Assembly: GCA_034005845.1 (NCBI GenBank) | Contig: JAVETX010000002.1 | Location: 2,342 to 66,341, forward strand | Direction of reading: 5' to 3' | Source of the DNA: Sulfurimonas sp. | Lineage (GTDB): Bacteria; Campylobacterota; Campylobacteria; Campylobacterales; Sulfurimonadaceae | Length of the DNA stretch: 64,000 nucleotides | Shown: positions 61,488 to 64,000 of the stretch, in pieces | Position numbering within the stretch: the stretch's first letter is position 1 | Layout: the number at the start of each line of letters is the position of its first letter | Translations under genes and position numbers: made by a program | The notes under the pieces: model-generated | Seen by the model: the letters and a program-made list of their open reading frames with translations, nothing else | Told to the model about the DNA's origin: nothing | Databases searched by the model: none

Positions 61488-62501
61488 TTAGTTCATATTT
61501 GGTTTTGGTGTCGTATCTGTTGATGCAGGAAGCATTGGCAAAGTGATCTGTGGCATTTTTCCATCAAGAGATTTTAAGAAAGCCTCGATAGAGTTTGTTT
61601 GTTTCTCAGAGAGATCCACACCAAGTTGGATACGTCCCATCTCAACGATCGCTTCTTTAAGACTCCAGATCTGACCATTGTGGTAATAAGGTGCAGTTTT
61701 TGTGATATTTCTAAGTGTTGGTACTTTTACCATACCATTTGCATCCCCTTTAAAATCACCTATGTTCATATGTTTATACTCAGCTACAACATTGAGCATA
61801 TTCATCGTTCCACCAAGTGCTACACCATTGTGACATGATGCACATCCCACGTCGATAAATGTTTTAAGACCCTCTTGCTCTGCTTTTGTAAGTGCTTTTT
61901 TATCACCATTTAAAAAGTCATCGTAGCGTGATGGCGTTACAAGTGTACGCTCATAAAGACCGATCGTATCTGTAACTTTTTCAAATGTGATCTTTACATC
62001 TTTGCCGTACGCTTTTTTAAACTCAGCAACATATTCTGGCATAGAAGTGACCGTGTTTACAACATGATCTTTTGTCGCAGCCATCTCTGGATGTGCTTGG
62101 ATCGGACCTTGTGCTTGTTTTTCTAAGTTAGGATCTCTACCATCCCAAAACTGTGCTGAGAAAAACACTGCATTATAAACAGTTGGTGAGTTTAAGTGGT
62201 GTGGATTTGCAGCCCATTTGTGACCGATCGCAGCACTTACACCATCATCTCCACCCTCGCTAAGGTTGTGACATGTGTTACAGCTAATAAGCCCACTTTT
62301 AGAAAGTCTAGGATCAAAATAAAGCTTTTTCCCAAGTTCAGCTTTTGCATCTGTGATAGGGTTTTTTGGGTTGTCAATAAGTTTCATAAGTTCAGATTTT
62401 GAAGTTGGAATTGCCTCAAGAGAGTTTTGTTTTGCTGTATCAACAAGGCTAGATGCCATCAGTGAAGAACCTACTAAAAGGAGAGAAAGTGTTGTTTTCA
62501 T
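61488..62501 (-). CDS. Diheme cytochrome c peroxidase (CcpA/MauG family)
   Basis: Signal peptide; LYFDPRLS, SCNTCH, QFWDGR, GCASCHNG, KVPTLRNI, APYYHNG. Confidence 0.93.
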   Translation of the reverse strand: MKTTLSLLLVGSSLMASSLVDTAKQNSLEAIPTSKSELMKLIDNPKNPITDAKAELGKKLYFDPRLSKSGLISCNTCHNLSEGGDDGVSAAIGHKWAANPHHLNSPTVYNAVFFSAQFWDGRDPNLEKQAQGPIQAHPEMAATKDHVVNTVTSMPEYVAEFKKAYGKDVKITFEKVTDTIGLYERTLVTPSRYDDFLNGDKKALTKAEQEGLKTFIDVGCASCHNGVALGGTMNMLNVVAEYKHMNIGDFKGDANGMVKVPTLRNITKTAPYYHNGQIWSLKEAIVEMGRIQLGVDLSEKQTNSIEAFLKSLDGKMPQITLPMLPASTDTTPKPNMN

Positions 62502-62517
62502 TATTGTTCCTTATTTT

Positions 62518-62535
62518 AATTATCAAACGATAATT
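62518..62535. promoter_or_regulatory. Candidate operator upstream of the peroxidase gene
   Basis: Perfect 7-4-7 inverted repeat AATTATC-AAAC-GATAATT, 16 nt upstream of the start codon; AT-rich, so chance is possible. Confidence 0.45.
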
Positions 62536-62581
62536 TTTTTCTTTTAGAAATTTTAACGCTTCAAAGCTTAAACTAAGTTGA

Positions 62582-63502
62582 TTAGTTTTTGTTGAGAATA
62601 TCTTTTGCACTCTTGATAGCATTAAGATAGCTCAGCGTATTTGCCCTGCCTTGGTAGGCAATATCAAAGGCGGTGCCGTGATCTACAGATGTACGGATGA
62701 TGGGGAGGTTGAGTGAGATATTGACACTCTCATCAAAGTAGAGGGCTTTGAGGGGTGCTAAACCTTGGTCGTGATACATCGCAACAAAGTAGCGAAAGTT
62801 TTTGCGAAAGTTTGGAGTAAATGCGATATCGGGAACGATAGAGCCAATGAAGCATTTTTTGCCGATGATCTCATTTGCCTCATCGATCGCTTCATCGATA
62901 ATGCTCTCCTCATTTCCAAGCACCCCATTATCACCCGCATGAGGGTTGAGACCCAAAACGGCAACCTCTTTGTCTCCAATGCTTTGATGTAGATCGAGTA
63001 AAAATGTAAGCAATTTTTCTTTTGTGATACTATCGGCGACTTGACGTAGGGGTATATGTTCGGTGTACAGAGCCACAAACATCTTCTCACATCCAAGCAT
63101 CATGATCGCCTCTTTGTCAAAGTGTTTGCGCAAGAGATCGGTATGCCCCTTAAACTCCAAACCAGCCATCATCCACGCTTCTTTGTGGATAGGAAGGGTA
63201 ACGATCGCATCGACTTTTTTCTCCTCTGCAAGTTTGATCGCTTCCATAAAAGAATCATACGAATAGCGCCCACTCTCCACACTCAAAATTCCAGGAGTGA
63301 TAAGAAATGAACCCTCTACATCCCAAGTACATAGATCATTAGGGATACTACATCCCAAGAGCTTTGCAGCTTGATCGAGCATCTCTTTATTAATACAATA
63401 AAGAGGCTCTACCATTTGTGCTATCTCATGGTGTGCGCGAAGTGCGATCTCGATCCCCACGCCACTAAGATCACCGATACTTATGGCAACTTTTGGTTTC
63501 AT
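62582..63502 (-). CDS. pdxA: 4-hydroxythreonine-4-phosphate dehydrogenase
   Basis: IGDLSGVGIEI, GHTD, TEHIPL, LNPHAG, MYHDQGL, RTSVDHGTAFDIA. Confidence 0.96.
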   Translation of the reverse strand: MKPKVAISIGDLSGVGIEIALRAHHEIAQMVEPLYCINKEMLDQAAKLLGCSIPNDLCTWDVEGSFLITPGILSVESGRYSYDSFMEAIKLAEEKKVDAIVTLPIHKEAWMMAGLEFKGHTDLLRKHFDKEAIMMLGCEKMFVALYTEHIPLRQVADSITKEKLLTFLLDLHQSIGDKEVAVLGLNPHAGDNGVLGNEESIIDEAIDEANEIIGKKCFIGSIVPDIAFTPNFRKNFRYFVAMYHDQGLAPLKALYFDESVNISLNLPIIRTSVDHGTAFDIAYQGRANTLSYLNAIKSAKDILNKN

Positions 63503-64000
63503 CGCGTAGTGAGTCTTTTCATCTCACGAACCGCTTCAGCCAAACCACTAAAAACACTACGAGCGATAATGCTTTGCCCAATATTGAGCTCAACGATCTC
63601 TTGAATCTGCATCATATGCGAAACATTGTGATAATTTAGACCATGCCCTGCAGCAACTTCTAGCCCCAAAGAGTGTGCATGAGCAGCCGCAGTTTGAAGC
63701 TCTTCAAGAGATCTTTCCAGCTTACTCTCGAGTGTAGAGCGTGGAAGTTCGAGCTCTTTGATAGAGTGGTGCGAATAGCCCAAAGAGGAGTGAAGCATCG
63801 CAAAGATATTGGCAAAACTTCCCGTGTGTAGTTCTACCATCTCAGCGCCAAGCTCTTTTGCCTTTTCCATCGCTTCGAGTGTTGGATCGACAAAAAGAGA
63901 AACAGGGATCAAAGAATCGTGAAGCTGCTCAATCGCAAAAGCGATCGATTCTTCATGTGTGAAGAGATCTAGCCCACCCTCAGTTGTCACCTCTTCACGC
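63499..64000 (-). CDS. pdxJ: Pyridoxine 5'-phosphate synthase, 5'-truncated by the window edge
   Basis: REEVTTEGGLD, VSLFVDP, VELHTG, AAGHGLNY, ELNIGQSIIA; the frame is open to the window end. Confidence 0.96.
   Translation of the reverse strand, partial: REEVTTEGGLDLFTHEESIAFAIEQLHDSLIPVSLFVDPTLEAMEKAKELGAEMVELHTGSFANIFAMLHSSLGYSHHSIKELELPRSTLESKLERSLEELQTAAAHAHSLGLEVAAGHGLNYHNVSHMMQIQEIVELNIGQSIIARSVFSGLAEAVREMKRLTTR

Larger units (their letters stand above)
9815..63359. repeat. Dispersed 10-mer ACATCCCAAG / CTTGGGATGT, 20 exact copies
   Basis: Plus-strand ACATCCCAAG starts at 10707, 13398, 17528, 17693, 24487, 31501, 33464, 47527, 51395, 57682, 63318, 63350. CTTGGGATGT starts at 9815, 10363, 12078, 29057, 33353, 34547, 37285, 59800. 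Manual count. Confidence 0.9.

Noticed and set aside
9815-63359. The 10-mer as a CRISPR repeat, IS end, or by-product of a repeated peptide
   Set aside because: Copies are irregularly spaced, flanks share no sequence beyond a 5' T preference, there is no transposase, and all six frames are used.
1-64000. tRNA, rRNA, prophage or integrase
   Set aside because: All intergenic gaps are under about 190 nt and AT-rich with no cloverleaf or TTCGAA-type arms seen; no phage or recombinase ORFs.

Overview
This 64-kb window is compact, mostly core chromosome of a Campylobacterota bacterium. Gene order and protein sequences point to a Sulfurimonas-like organism (inference), and GC is about 40% by eye. 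It carries conserved housekeeping blocks (radA-ftsY-tlpA / 5-FTHF cyclo-ligase-rny; nadE-DegT-lpxK-argB; ispB-hemA-proS-fxsA-dsb-hemC-ubiD; pheST-aroA-ispH-rpsA-serA; coaX-hisG; pdxJ-pdxA) and about 70 supported CDS. I found no rRNA, tRNA, CRISPR array or transposase. Accessory items: a 5'-truncated DUF2235/Tle1-like lipase, a Phd-like/MazF toxin-antitoxin pair with its own promoter and operator, two paralogous monoheme cytochromes c ending in a conserved Cys, a naturally split RND pump, an internally shortened NfeD, and a PAS-GGDEF-EAL gene broken by one TGA. The strongest unexplained signal lies outside the gene annotation. The non-palindromic 10-mer ACATCCCAAG (reverse complement CTTGGGATGT) occurs 20 times by manual count, against about 0.1 expected from base composition. 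It sits on both strands, is read in all six frames inside genes, and forms an intergenic hairpin. That pattern resembles a DNA uptake sequence or a Chi/nucleoid-type signal. All counts are by eye and need computational confirmation.
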